The notes under the pieces were generated by a model that saw only the letters and a list, made by a program, of their open reading frames with translations, ran no database searches and had not been told where the DNA came from. From positions 41,912,001 to 41,976,000 of the forward strand of contig OX597819.1 in NCBI GenBank assembly GCA_951406725.2: a stretch of DNA of 64,000 nucleotides. Direction: 5' to 3'. Both the position numbers and the translations under genes were made by a program. Below are positions 48,813-61,473 of this stretch, in pieces; position 1 is the first letter of the stretch, and each line of letters opens with the position of its first letter. This DNA is from Octopus vulgaris. Its lineage: Eukaryota.

Positions 48813-49378
48813 ATATTCACATTATGATAATTAACAAATATTTTCAATGCATAATTTCAGATTTAAATAAATTCTAACGATTATAAGGGTGTCTATTTCT
48901 GTCATATTTGTGTATATATAACAACAACATAACAATAACAGCAAAAACCACGGCCACTCCTCAATGCTAACACAATTCCACAATCAAGAGCCTTTCCACT
49001 TCCTCTTGTCCCTGGATTACCACATGACCCATCATCATCATTGTCATCATGTTCTACTACTACCACCCTTATCACAACTAAAAAATTGCAACAACATCAG
49101 CATCGGAAGTCATTCTTCAATACAAGAACAATTGATGACCTATTAAACTCCATAATCAAAAGCCATTGTCATGTTGCAAGCCTGTATTTGTTGCATCATG
49201 CGAGAGAATGTTCAGCAAACTTTGCTGTCTGAACCCCGTCTGATACAGTACTGTAATGCATGAACATAAAAACTTGTGCAATGGAAACACTTTGGATATC
49301 CTCTTGGAAAACTTCATCGCCAAAACGATCGCGTGTAGAAAAATTTTGGAATGATTTTGAAGCATTACTTTTCCATAT

Positions 49379-51581
49379 ATCATCATCATCATTCAACGTC
49401 CGCCTTCCATGCTAGCATGGGCTGGACGGTTCAACTGGGGTCTGGGGAGCCCGAAAGCTGCACCAGTCCAGTCAGATCTGGCAGTGTTTCTACAGCTGGA
49501 TGCCCTTCCTAACGCCAACCACTCCGAGAGTGTAGTGGGTGATTTTATGTGCCACCGACACAGGTGCCAGACGAGGCTGGCAAACGGCCACGCTCGGATG
49601 GTGTTTTTTATGTGCCACCGACACAGGTGCCAGACGAGGCTGGCAGACGGCCACGCTCGGATGGTGTTTTTATGTGCCACCGACACAGGAGCCAGATGAG
49701 GCTGGCAAACGGCCACGATCGGATGGTGCTTGTTACGTGCCCACAGCACGGAGGCCAGTCGATGCAGTACTGGCTACGGCCACGTTCGGATGGTTTTCTT
49801 GTGTGCCACGTGCCACCGGCACTGGTACCACAAAGATACAAATTCCATTGATGTTCATCTATTTTGATTTGTTTTGATTTTCACTTGCCTCAACAGGTCT
49901 TCACAAGTGTCACAAGAAGGAAGGTATGCACAGGTGGACTGACTACGTCCCAGGTAGGGGCCATGGGTTATGGCCTGACTAGTCTTGCCGGGTCTTCGGA
50001 TGGTGTTTTTATGTGCCACCGACACAGGTGCTAGATGAGGCTAGCGAACGGCCACGATCGGATGGTGTTTGTCATGTGCCCACAGCACGGAGGCCAGTCG
50101 ATGCGGTACTGGCTACGGCCACTTTCGGATGGTTTTCTCTTGTGTGCCACCGGCACTGGTACCACGAAGATACAAATTCCATTGATGTTCATCTATTTTG
50201 ATTTGTTTTGATTTGATTTTGATTTTCACTTGCCTCAACAGGCCTTCACAAGTATCACAAGGAGGAAGGTATGCACAGGTGGACTGACTACGTCCCAGGT
50301 AGGGGCCATGGTTTATGGCCTGACTAGTCTTGCCGGGTCTTCGGATGGTGTTTTTATGTGCCACCGACACAGGTGCTAGATGAGGCTGGCGACGTCCCAG
50401 GTAGGGGCCATGGTTTATGGCCTGACTAGTCTTGCCGGGTCTTCGGATGGTGTTTTTATGTGCCACCGACACAGGTGCTAGATGAGGCTGGCGAACGGCC
50501 ACGATTGGATGGTGTTTGTTGTGCCCACAGCACGATGGCCAGTGATGCGGTACTGACTACGGCCATGTTCGGATGGATTCTTGTGTGCCACCGGCACTGG
50601 TACCACAAGCGGTACTGACTACTTTTTATGTGCCACCGACACAGGTGCTAGATGAGGCTGGCGAACGGCCACGACCGGATGGTGTTTGTTATGTGCCCAC
50701 AGCACGATGGCCAGTGATGCGGTACTGACTACGGCCACGTTCGGATGGATTCTTGTGTGCCACCGGCACTGGTACCACAAGCGGTACTGACTACGGCCAC
50801 GTTCGGATGGATTCTTGTGTGCCACCGGCACTGGTACCACAAGATACAAATTCCATTGATGTTCATCTATTTTGATTTGTTTTGATTTGATTTTCACTTG
50901 CCTCAACAGGTCTTCACAAGTGTCACAAGAAGGAAGGTATGTACAGGTGGACTGACTACGTCCCAGGTAGGGCCCACGGGTTATTACCTGACTAGTCTTG
51001 CCGGGTCTTCGGATGGTGTTTTTATGTGCCACCACGTTCCCACAGCACGGAGGCGAGTCGATGCGGTACTGGCTACGGCCACGTTTGGATGGTTTTCTTG
51101 TGTGCCACAGGCACTGGTACCACAAAGATACAAATTCCATTGATGTTCATCTATTTTGATTGATGTTCACTTGCCTCAGCAGGTCTTCACAAGTGTCACA
51201 AGAAGGAAGGTATGCACAGGTGGATCGACTACGTCCCAGGTAAAGGTCACGGGATATGGCCTGACTAGTCCTGCCGGGTCCTCTCATGCACAGCACACTT
51301 CCATAGGACTCGGTCTTCAGTCATTTCGTTGGTGAGACCTAAAGTTCGAAGGTCGTGCTTCACCACCTCGTCCCAGGTTTTCCTGGGTCTACCTCTTCCA
51401 CAGGTTCCCTCAACTGCTAGGGTGTAGCACTTTTGCACACAACTATCTTCAGCCATTCTCGTCACATGACCATACCAGCGCAGCCGTCTCTCTTGCAGAC
51501 CACAACTGACACTTCTTAGGTTCAACTTTTCTCTCAAAGTACTTACACTCTGACGATTATGAACACTGACATTACACATCC
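49379..51581 (-). mobile_element. 5'-truncated RTE LINE with a greatly expanded (~1.9 kb) 3' UTR
   Basis: ORF 51265-51579 LQERRLRWYGHVTRM...GRGRPRKTWDEVVKHDL; (ATC)n tail at 49379; first ~600 bp nearly identical to the copy at 30582. Confidence 0.9.
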
Positions 51582-51883
51582 AATAATAATAATAATAATT
51601 TATTATACCTATGTTTGTTTTGATATTAAGTCAGGAAAAAAATCGGCCTTGTTTGTAAAAAAAAATTGGACCCGAGTTTGCACCCACTAAGCAAATTTCA
51701 TTCCCAAGCCATTGCAGATAGGGGAATGTGAAAGACTTGAATTCTGAAGAAGAAAAGAATCAGATTTGTTTGACCCATCTGTTGTTCAGAGCACCGGAAT
51801 ACGACAGCAAAAGGATCTAAGATCCCCACCCAAAAGTATCTTTAGAATGTGGGGCACTTAATCCGAAATTCTGCCAATAATAA

Positions 51884-51960
51884 ACAGACAGACAGAAAGA
51901 CAGACAGACAGACAGATAGATAGACAGATAGACAGATAGATAAAATATAGGTAGATAGAT
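51884..51960. repeat. (GACA)n/(GATA)n tetranucleotide microsatellite
   Basis: Seen directly. Confidence 0.9.
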
Positions 51961-52494
51961 TATGAAAAATAAAGATGAAGTGAAATATTTTTCTCTATTT
52001 TTTTAAAATCAAAGTATGACGAAATCAATTTATTATGACAGCTGTTTTCAAAAATCTATTTTGTTGCAGTCATTGATCGTTATTGTGAAAAAAAAAGTCA
52101 CTAGAAAAATCCTTTCTACTATAGGCCTTGTGTCTATAGTAGAAAGGATGGGAGAGGAGAATAGTCAATCACATAGATGGTACTTATTTTATCAACCCCT
52201 AAAGGATGACAGGCAAAGTTGACCTTGGCGGAATTTGAACTCAGAATGTAAAGACGGATGAAATGTCGTTAAATATTTTGCCCAGCATGCTAACGATTCT
52301 GCTAACTCTCCGCCTTAAATGATTTCAATTTTTGTAGCACATGGCCAGCAAGTTCGAGGGAGTGGGTAAATCGATTACATCGACTCCAGTTCAACTGGCA
52401 GTGACCCAGCAACAAAATTTGCTAAGGGGGTGCAAACCCAGGTCCTAATTTTAACATTAAAACAAATGAGGTATAATAATAAATTTTATTATTA

Positions 52495-52925
52495 TGAGGG
52501 TGTGCTGAAATGTTCATAATCTGAGCAAGACACTCTCAATGGAATGTGACCAAATGAAGTTCATTTTCTAACATAGTTCCTCTTACTGTCCACACACTTC
52601 CATTATTAGTTGCAGTGCTTGGGTCACACTGGTGAAGAAGCTTTTCTGTTGATCAAAATGGTCATCAACAACAGATAAGATGTACTCATCATAGTGATAC
52701 TGGTGCTCAGCTGAGTGTTTATCTATGTTGGGAAACAGATGATAACCAGAAGGAACCAAATCGCTAACATAGGGAGGATGATCAACCAATTCAAAGCCAG
52801 TCACACACAACAGCCATTGAAACCAAGGACTTGTGTGCTGAAGCATTGTCCTAATGAAACAAAACTCCATTCATCAGTTTTTCTGGGTGTTTGGTCTTGA
52901 TAGCCTTTCATAACTGCCTTAGGAA
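52495..52925 (-). mobile_element. Degraded mariner 3' fragment
   Basis: TA + TGAGGGTGTGCTGAAATGTTC TIR-like end; FELVDHPPYVSDLVPSGYHLFPNI motif. Confidence 0.75.
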
Positions 52926-53319
52926 GTTGGTATTGAAATGTTCCATTGATGGTGTGATCATTTTGAAGATAGCCAATAAACACAATATTTTTTGTATTAA
53001 TGCATAGTATATATAATAATGTGAAGTATATTTTGCATATTAAAATGTTTAATTTTGGAAATGTATCAAGCAGATCTAAAATAAGCAGTAAAAATACAAA
53101 TTGCAAGTATTTCAAAATGTGGGACACTACATGACAAAAACTAACAAAAAAAAAGAAAGGAAGAAAATTGAGGTGCTTGTGTTCCAAAGGTACAATGAGA
53201 AGGCTCAGGAGAAGGATAGAGAGATGGGGTATAGGGAAGAAAGTTAGAAGGAAAGAAAAGAATGAAAAGTGAAAAGATAAACTTGGTATCTGAAATGAGT
53301 ACTAGGCAGGAAATTGGCC

Positions 53320-53505
53320 CCTGTACCGGTGGTACGTAAAAACAGCACCCACTACACTCTCAGAGTGGTTGGCATTAGGAAGGGCATCCAGCTGTAGAAA
53401 CACTGCCAGATCAGACTGGAGCCTGGTGCAGCATCCTGGCTTTCCAGGCCCCAGTCAAACCATTCAACCTATTCCAGCATGGAAAATGGACATTAAACGA
53501 TGATG
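53320..53505 (+). mobile_element. Short RTE LINE 3' end
   Basis: Same terminal ~180 bp as 5010-5200, ending in GATGATG. Confidence 0.75.
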
Positions 53506-53929
53506 TATTACCTATATACTGATCAAGTAGAAAAACGATGAGTGATAAAAAATTGGATTGTCTTTTGGTACCAAAAAAGTGAAGAAAGAGAGTAGAGAAG
53601 GTTAGGGAAGAGCAAGTAGGAAGAAAGAGAGAGTTTGGAGAAATAAGGGAATAATAGTAGACAGTAGGTAGTTGACAGAGATGGATAGAGGAAGAAATGG
53701 AAGGCAGTAAAGGGAGAAAAGCATCAGATAGGTAGAGAGGTAGATAGAGGGGAGAGGAGAAGGACAGAGAAATAGATAGAAAAGAGAGACAGTCTTGCAC
53801 CAAATATTAGAAGTGAGTGTGACATTACATTGACTAACAGCCATAAAATGTTGCACAGAAAGTCAACACGCACACATAGATAATGATGAAGGAAATTGTT
53901 GTATACAGTGCTCAGGTGCACTACAACTA

Positions 53930-56170
53930 AAAGAAAAAAAAATGGCCATCAGGTGTACTGTTGGCGGATTTCAGGACACATGGAAGTTTTGAAAGATGTA
54001 GTGTCTTGACAGCTAACAACTGATGCAGGTGGTTTATTCCATGCTTCTGCAATTCTGAGCATGAAAAATTGTTTCCGAAAGTTGTGGGTGCTGTGTTATC
54101 TTTTGATTTCATAAGCATGTCCGTGAGTGTTTGTCATATGGAATTCGAAAAGGTACCCAAGGTTGTTGTTGTAAATATGGTGGATAATCTTGTGGGTGTC
54201 AATCAAGTCAGTTGCCAGACGTCAGGGCTTCAATGTATCCATGCCCAGGAATGCAAGACGTTCAGAGTATGGTAGATGTCTGACGGCGGGTATTCACTTT
54301 GTTGCACATTTCTGAAGTTTCCAGGAGATTTATATGCTGAGAAAAAGAGGGGTTCCAGACTGGTGATGCAAAGCCCAAGTGTGGACATACCATTGTTGTC
54401 TACAATTTTAAATAGATAACTGAAGAGTGGCTGACAAAGGTGTTATTGAGAGATGCTAGCACCACCTCAGCCTTTTTGACAATCTTAGATATGTGGTTTG
54501 TCCAATGCAGATTGTTGTTTACAATAATACCCAAATCATGTCCACTAGAAGACTTCTTGAGATTGGTGTTGCTGAGGGAGAATGTAAAGGCTGGATTTTT
54601 CCTCCCAAAATGCATGGTGACACATTTGTCTACAGCTAGCTTGAGTTGCCAGTCAGAGGTCCACTGCTGCATTGTATCCAGGTCTGTTTGCAGGATAGGA
54701 TCTGTTCTTTTTATTTCAAGGTACAGCTTGGTGTCATCTGCATATTTCACCACTGAAACATTCCTCAAATTGGCATCTATATCATTAATATATGCAACCA
54801 ACAGTAAGGGTCCAAGAACAGATCCCTGTGGTACACCAGAAGTAATCTTGTAGGGTGAAGAACGATGTCCTAGAACTGTAATTACATCTTTCCAGCTGAG
54901 AATGAAGGACTTCAACCAGTTATAGAGATCATCCTTCACACTCACTGCAGGGATTTTTACCATGAGTCGTTTGTGTGGAACAGAGTTGAAGGCTTTAGCA
55001 AAATCAGGGTAGACAGTATCCAGCCATGAGCCGCCATCAATAACTCAGGTTATGTCCTCAAGAAACTTGACTACAGCAGCTGGAGTTGGGGATAAAACCA
55101 AATTGTGAGGGCTAAATAAGGCTGTGAGAGCACCAAAAGTTCCAGAGTATTTTCCTGATACAGGACTCCATAAGTTTGGTGATGCAGCTAGTAGGGCTGA
55201 CTGGACAGTAATTGACAGGTGATGTGCGATCACCTGTTTTGAACAGGGAAATAACACTGGCAATTTTCCAGTGCTCTGAAGTGACACAGTTGTTAAGGCA
55301 GAATTGACAAAAGGAAGAAAGCTGGTGCAATAGAAAGAACCCACCACATTTGAGAAGAAAATAAGTTACACCATCAAAACCAGGAGAGGCCTGGTTGCGC
55401 TTATTCTTGTGGTCTCACAGCATTGTGGGTGTGAATTTCATAGATGTTATGGAATTTGATGTCAGAGTTGCTAAAGAAGATACATTGGGGTTATCAGCAG
55501 TAAAAATGCCAGCATAGCATTCAGCAATACGCTCAGTGCATTCCTTGGCTTCATCAGTCATCTGACCTGTGTGGGTATCGTGAAGAGGGCCAGTTAGGGA
55601 GTGAGAACTCTGTTTTGAACACACATATTTTCAGAACACTTTGCTGTCAGGGCTAGTTGCTAGTTGTTATACATCTTTCAAACTCAAGCACTGCCTTTTT
55701 CGTTGCTTGCTGGAGTCGGTTAGATGATCTGTTGCATCCTCTTCTGCTTTCATCTGTTCTATGCTGTGTGTATTTCTGTTCAGCATCACAACGATCTTTC
55801 CTGGCAAGTCGAACTGCTGCAGCCTCCCAAATTACATTGTTTTTATTTCTAGAGTGTTTGTACAGTAGTGATGCTTCACATGCAGTCCAGATTGCACTGA
55901 AGATATTTTGAAAAACAGTATTGATATCCCCTGGATTGTAAAATTCAAACCAGTTTAGGTGTCATAACTCCTTACAGTAACAGTTTCAGTCAAATCGAGT
56001 GGTTTGAAGGTAGTGGTGCTTCTTGTTTCTGCCTACAAGAGATAGATTGGCAATGATCATAGCATGATTGGAGTCACTTAGAGGTTCCTTTGTCACAACA
56101 CTGATAACAGTTCTAGGAGTGGTGGTAAAGAGCAGGTCCAAAGTGTTATTACCAACGAAAAGTTTCCCAT
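53930..56170 (-). mobile_element. Degraded CR1/L2-group LINE (endonuclease end plus RT)
   Basis: ORFs with NTLDLLFT..LSDSNHAMI, WKIASVISLFKTGDR..NYCPVS, GVPQGSVLGPLL..KYADDTKLY; many stops and frameshifts. Confidence 0.9.
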
Positions 56171-56434
56171 TCAATTTCAGGGTAGTTGAAGTCACCAGTA
56201 ATGAAAATATATGTGGCTGTTATATATATAGAACATCAGCATTGTAGGTGTTCTAGCACCAGCTGGGCAGTAAGAATAGGCACAAACGTGGCTAAGTTAT
56301 AAGAAGCTTGCTTCCCAACCACATGGTTCCTGGTTCAGTCCCACTCCATGACACTTTGGGCAAGTGTCTTCTACTATAGCCTCAGGCTGACTAAAGCCTT
56401 GTGGGAGGATTTGATAAACAGAAACTGAAAAAAG

Positions 56435-56665
56435 CAGGCGAGCTGGCAGAATCGCTAGCACGCCAGGCGAAATACTTAGCAGTATTTCTTCTGCCGCTAC
56501 ATTCTGAGTTCAAATTTCATCGAGGTCGACTTTGCCTTTCATCCTTTTGGGGTCAATAAAATAAGTACCAGTTATGCACTGGAGATGATATAATTGACTT
56601 AATCCATTTGTATCCTTGTTTATCCACTCTGAGTGTAGCCCCTTGTGGACAGTAGAGAAATAAGA
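56435..56665 (+). mobile_element. SINE family B copy nested in a family A copy
   Basis: Family A sequence AGAAACTGAAA stops at ~56432 and resumes at ~56662. Confidence 0.8.
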
Positions 56666-56759
56666 AACTGAAAGAAGCCTATCGTGTATAAATATATATA
56701 TATATATAACCATCATCATCATCATCATTTTATATCCGCTTTCCATGCTGGCATGGGTT

Positions 56760-57365
56760 GATGAACAAATCAATGACATGAATGGCTCTAAGTTTGACTA
56801 AGAAGCGAAAAGCAGGGTTAGCAAGCTGTTTTTATTAATGGAATACTAGACATTCTAGAAACTTCCAAGGGAAACACTTAGCTCCTTGAATAATTAAGAA
56901 TCACATCTCATGACACAGATGCTTTGAGAAACTTAGTGAAGGGAGGTTACTCAATATTCTTTCTTGCAAGGGAGATCATTCAACTATTTAGCTACATAGA
57001 CCACTACACAGGTCATAATTGGGCCATGAGGACCCTGGGCAACCACCTAGTGTGCCCATACCTTAAGATAGTATTATACCCCTGTCCTCATGGCCCAATT
57101 ATGACCTGTGTAGTGGTCTATGTAGCTAAATAGTTGATTGAATGATCTCCCTTGCAAGAAAGAATATTGAGTAACCTCCCTTTACTAAGTTTCTCAAAGC
57201 ATCTGTGTCATGAGATGTGATTCTTAATTATTCAAGAAGCTAAGTGTTTCTCTTGGAAGTTTCTAGAATGTCTAGCATTCCATTAATAAAAACAGCTTGC
57301 TAACCCTGCTTTTCGCTTCATAGTCAGTTAGACTTAGAGCCATTCGTGTCATTGATTTGTTCATC
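56760..57365. repeat. Long inverted repeat, ~275-bp arms, ~50-bp spacer
   Basis: 56760-57033 is the reverse complement of 57084-57365, with only a few substitutions and two small indels. Confidence 0.95.
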
Positions 57366-59735
57366 TATTTCTCTATGCCACATGACTGAAAACCACCACT
57401 TAGCTGTTATTTCTACATTTTCTATCTCTATTACTTCATTCAACTAGATTCTTCATTTTGATTATGTATCATCATCAACCAGTAAATAAAAAATTCTTTT
57501 ATGGAGTAAATATATAGTTCTTGAATTTATTCATCTGTATATGAACTCTTGTAATAATATATACGCAGTCACATTAACACCTTGTACTGACTATATATAA
57601 CCACAACATATGTATGTTGTGGCTTGCTGTCGATAAATAAATACTATAGAGCCTAGTGCATTCATTTGCCTGGGATCCTAAAGTGTTGCTAAGATGGCCT
57701 TGCCCTTGAATAATATAATTTTGTCACATTTCAAGAAGAGTGGGTGACTACTTCTTCAGTATGGCAGGTTTATCCAGGAAGCCCATTGGCCCATGAATAT
57801 TATAATTTTATAATTCAATGGGGTAGAGGTAACTTCTTTTGTACAGTATCAAGGCCCTGGAGGTCTATGGTTCATGGATGATATAATTTTCTTATATTTC
57901 AATGGGGTGGAATCCACTTCTTTGGCACAGCACCAGGGCCCCTGAGGTCCTAAAAATGACCCTGCAGGTAGAAGTTTCTATTTAATATCAATATTTGAAT
58001 ATTCATTTGAACACGAGACATTTTAAATAGTGAAAGTACATGGTTTAGTAGATAGAATGTTGGAATCACAATTATAAGGTTGCAGGGTTCAATTCTTATA
58101 TCAGACAACCTGCTGTATCTTTAGGCATGACACTTCGTTTCACATTGCTCCAGTTCGCTTAGCAGAAAATGAGTTGGGTCTGTAGTAGAGTGACACTTTA
58201 CAAATATTAGCCCCAAATTTCCCATTTACTAGATGGTAGCAACCCTAGATGGTCACAGTACACTGGATGTGCAAAAGTAAAGACACCCCACCTTCGGTCA
58301 TGAATGAAAATGGGGTTGCACTAGGAAGTTCTCCTCCGAGGCACAAGTCTGGACAAGGTTGTTTAGGGAAGACCAGCTGTAGCCCATACATCCTAGCCTC
58401 CCCATACCTGCCTCTGGAGTCAATAAATGAAAGTACCAGTGACACACTAAGGTTGATGGTATTGACTAACTCTGAAAATTGCTGATCTTGTGTCTACATT
58501 AGATACAGTTCTCTGCATTCTGAGTTCAAATTTCACCAAGGTCAACTTTGCCCTTCATCCTTTTGGGGTTGATAAAAGTACTGGGTGCAATGGTATTAAT
58601 CATTTAATCCCCTCAAACTGCTGACCTTCTATGTAAATTGGAAACAATTACTATTATAATTTTGGAGGCATGTCCTTAGTGATTAAAGTGTTGGACTCAC
58701 AATCGTAAGTTTGTGGTTTCAATTCCTGGACCAGGTGATGCATTATGCTCTTGAGCAAAACACTTCATTTCATGTTGTTCTAGTCCACTCAGCTGGCAAA
58801 AATGAGTAATCCTGTGATGGACTGGTGTCCCATCCAGGTGAGTAATATACACGGCATGGAAACTGGCCCTATGAGTCTATATGACTTGGGAAGGAACTTT
58901 ACTACTACTACTATAATAATTAAGACAAAAGTGACAAGCTGGCAGAATTATTAGCATGTCAGGCAAAATTCTTAGCTGAAGTTTTTCCAGCTCTTTATGC
59001 TCTAAATTGAGATTCTGCCGAAGCCAAACTTGCCTTTCATCCTTTCAGGTTCTTGTTTAATAAAGTACCAGTCAAGTACTGAGGTTGACCCCCAAAAATT
59101 GATGACCTTGAGCCAAACTTTGAAACAATTATTGTGTGGGATTAATTAGCAGAATCAGTAGGGCATCAAACAAAATTTCACATGGTATTTGTGCTGACTC
59201 CTTACATTCTGAGTTTAAATTCCACCAAAGTCAAGGTTACTTTCCATCTTTTTGGAACCCATGAACAACTATACAAGATATTCCCAGGTGTAAGGTCCAA
59301 CCTTTTTTAGTAGCTCAGAAATCCCTTTCACCATGCCTTCTCCCTATACAAATGCCTTCTCTCTATATTCTAAAAAGAGAAAAAGAAAAAATGTTGAGCT
59401 TTAGTTTATTATATATTTCTTACATTATTCCACCAAATGTGTATCTCTTTTTAGATATAAGCATGGATTAGTATCTTCTATGTTAAATTGTGAGGACTTA
59501 TATAAAGAAATTTAACAGGTGTGGTGCCCCAGCATGGCTGCGGCCTTCGGGCTAAAACATTTTTAAGGATTTAAGGTGTGGTAAGAAGTTTGCTTCCCAA
59601 TGACATGGTTCTGGGTCCAGTCCCACTCCATGGCACCTTGAGTAAGTGTATTCTATTATAGCTTTGAGCTAACAAAAACCTTGTGAGTGGATTTGGTAGA
59701 AAGAAGCCCATCATATACATACACACAAACATATA

Positions 59736-60141
59736 TCATCATCATCATCGTTTAGCGTCCGTTTTCCATGCTAGCATGGGTTGGACGGTTCTACTGGGGT
59801 CTGTGAAGCCAGAAGGCTTCATCAGGCCCAGTCAAATCTGGCAGTGTTTCTACGGCAGGATGCCCTTCCTAACGCCAACCACTCTGTGAGTGTAGTGGGT
59901 GCTTTTTACGTGCCACCCGCACAGGTGCCAGACAGAGCTGGCAAACGGCCACGAACGGATGGTGCTTTTTATGTGCCACCGGCACGAGGGCCAGGCGAGG
60001 CTGGCAACGGACACGAACGGATGGTGCTTTTTACGTGCCACCGGCACGAGGCCAGTCAGGGCGGCGCTGGCAACGGTCGCGAAACGGAAGGTTCTCTTAC
60101 ATGCCACCGGCACTGGTAACACATCTGCAATTTCCATTGAT
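59736..60141 (-). mobile_element. RTE LINE 3' UTR fragment (related subfamily)
   Basis: (ATC)n tail, GGATGCCCTTCCTAACGCCAACC motif and four GTGCCACC units. Confidence 0.8.
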
Positions 60142-60234
60142 CGATTTTACACTGCCAAAGAAAATGTTCAGAACGCCATGATAGACCGTTAGCTCCTACA
60201 TGCATTTTTTCTCTCCTTGTTTCTTTTCTGTGTA

Positions 60235-60272
60235 TCTTTCTGTCGAAGAGCGTAGGCTCGAAACGTAAAAGA
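60235..60272 (+). ncRNA. Degenerate minimal type I hammerhead motif in a Penelope-type pLTR fragment
   Basis: TCTTT|CTGTCGA|A|GAGC-GTAG-GCTC|GAA|ACGT|A|AAAGA: stems I and II perfect, palindromic ACGT helix III, GUA site; core A6 replaced by T. Confidence 0.6.
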
Positions 60273-60450
60273 CTTGTTCTATTTCTATTCCTGAGTGCCA
60301 TACTAATACATTTGTTTGTTTGTACTCCACCTGCCTTCATCTTTTGTTTATTTTCGTAAACCTTCCCGTTATATATATATACATATATATACATACATAC
60401 ATATATATACATACATACATACATATACATACATACATACATATACATAC

Positions 60451-60496
<46 letters not shown>

Positions 60497-60598
60497 ATAT
60501 TAGGGAGTAAATCCAAACTTACAGGAAAAAATTAGATTTAGGATTAAATCTAATTTTATAGTATAAATATATATATATTAAATTTTATCTCTAATTTA

Positions 60599-60631
<33 letters not shown>

Positions 60632-60725
60632 TGTATGTATAAATATATCTATGTGTGCGCGTGTATGTCTTTGTGGCTGTTTACATTCCTGTAACTTAGC
60701 AGTTCGGCTATAAGTTCCTTTAGAT

Positions 60726-60972
60726 CAGGAGTCCCTAGCCACCAAGCTGTGGATCATTTGGTACACAGAAAGAATAAATTTTCAAATTTATTTTTATTTT
60801 GTTGACTATTGCCATATGCAGGGTGTTTTTGCATTACATGTTTTATATGTGAAATAATTAACATATACTGTGCACTTTGTTTTATTATACACTTTTTTGT
60901 TACCTCCAAGTCCGTGGAAAAATTTTCTTACCTAAAACTGGTTCATGGTGCAAAAACGGCAAGAGACTGCTG
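60726..60972. mobile_element. hAT (Charlie-like) MITE
   Basis: CAG...CTG degenerate termini, 8-bp target duplication CTTTAGAT/TTTTAGAT. Confidence 0.65.
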
Positions 60973-61157
60973 TTTTAGATGACTTTTTTCTAATAAGGTT
61001 CCTTTTGATTTATACAAGTTAATCTATACCTTCTTTACACTGCCAAAGAAAATGTTCAAATTATAAAGAGGTAATCAATGGCAATAGCTTATATATATAT
61101 TTCTAGAATTATTATCATAATCAAGAGGAATGTGGCAAGCTGACAGAATCATTAACT

Positions 61158-61473
61158 GATCTTTTCGGTTTGAACGGCAGTTTTTTCTAGCGGTGTCATA
61201 TGAAATTGTCTTCACAAATGTAAATAAACCCAATCTGTTTCTTAAATGAGGGACATATTCATACGGCACAGAATGTTTTCACCTCAATAGACATCATTGA
61301 TTGGTTGAAATTGCAGAAAAAAACAACAAATATTTTACAAACTATGGAATTTTCTCAATAAAGCCAAGAGAAAAAGAAGTTTTATAAACACATTCTACCA
61401 GTGTATGAAGTTTAAAAGTGTTTAGTTCCATGGAAATCATTTTAAAAAACTGCCGTTCAAACCGAAAAGATCC
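61158..61473. mobile_element. Second copy of the GGATC-TIR MITE
   Basis: GATCTTTTCGGTTTGAACGGCAG...CTGCCGTTCAAACCGAAAAGATCC; interior homologous to 45728-46128, reversed. Confidence 0.85.
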
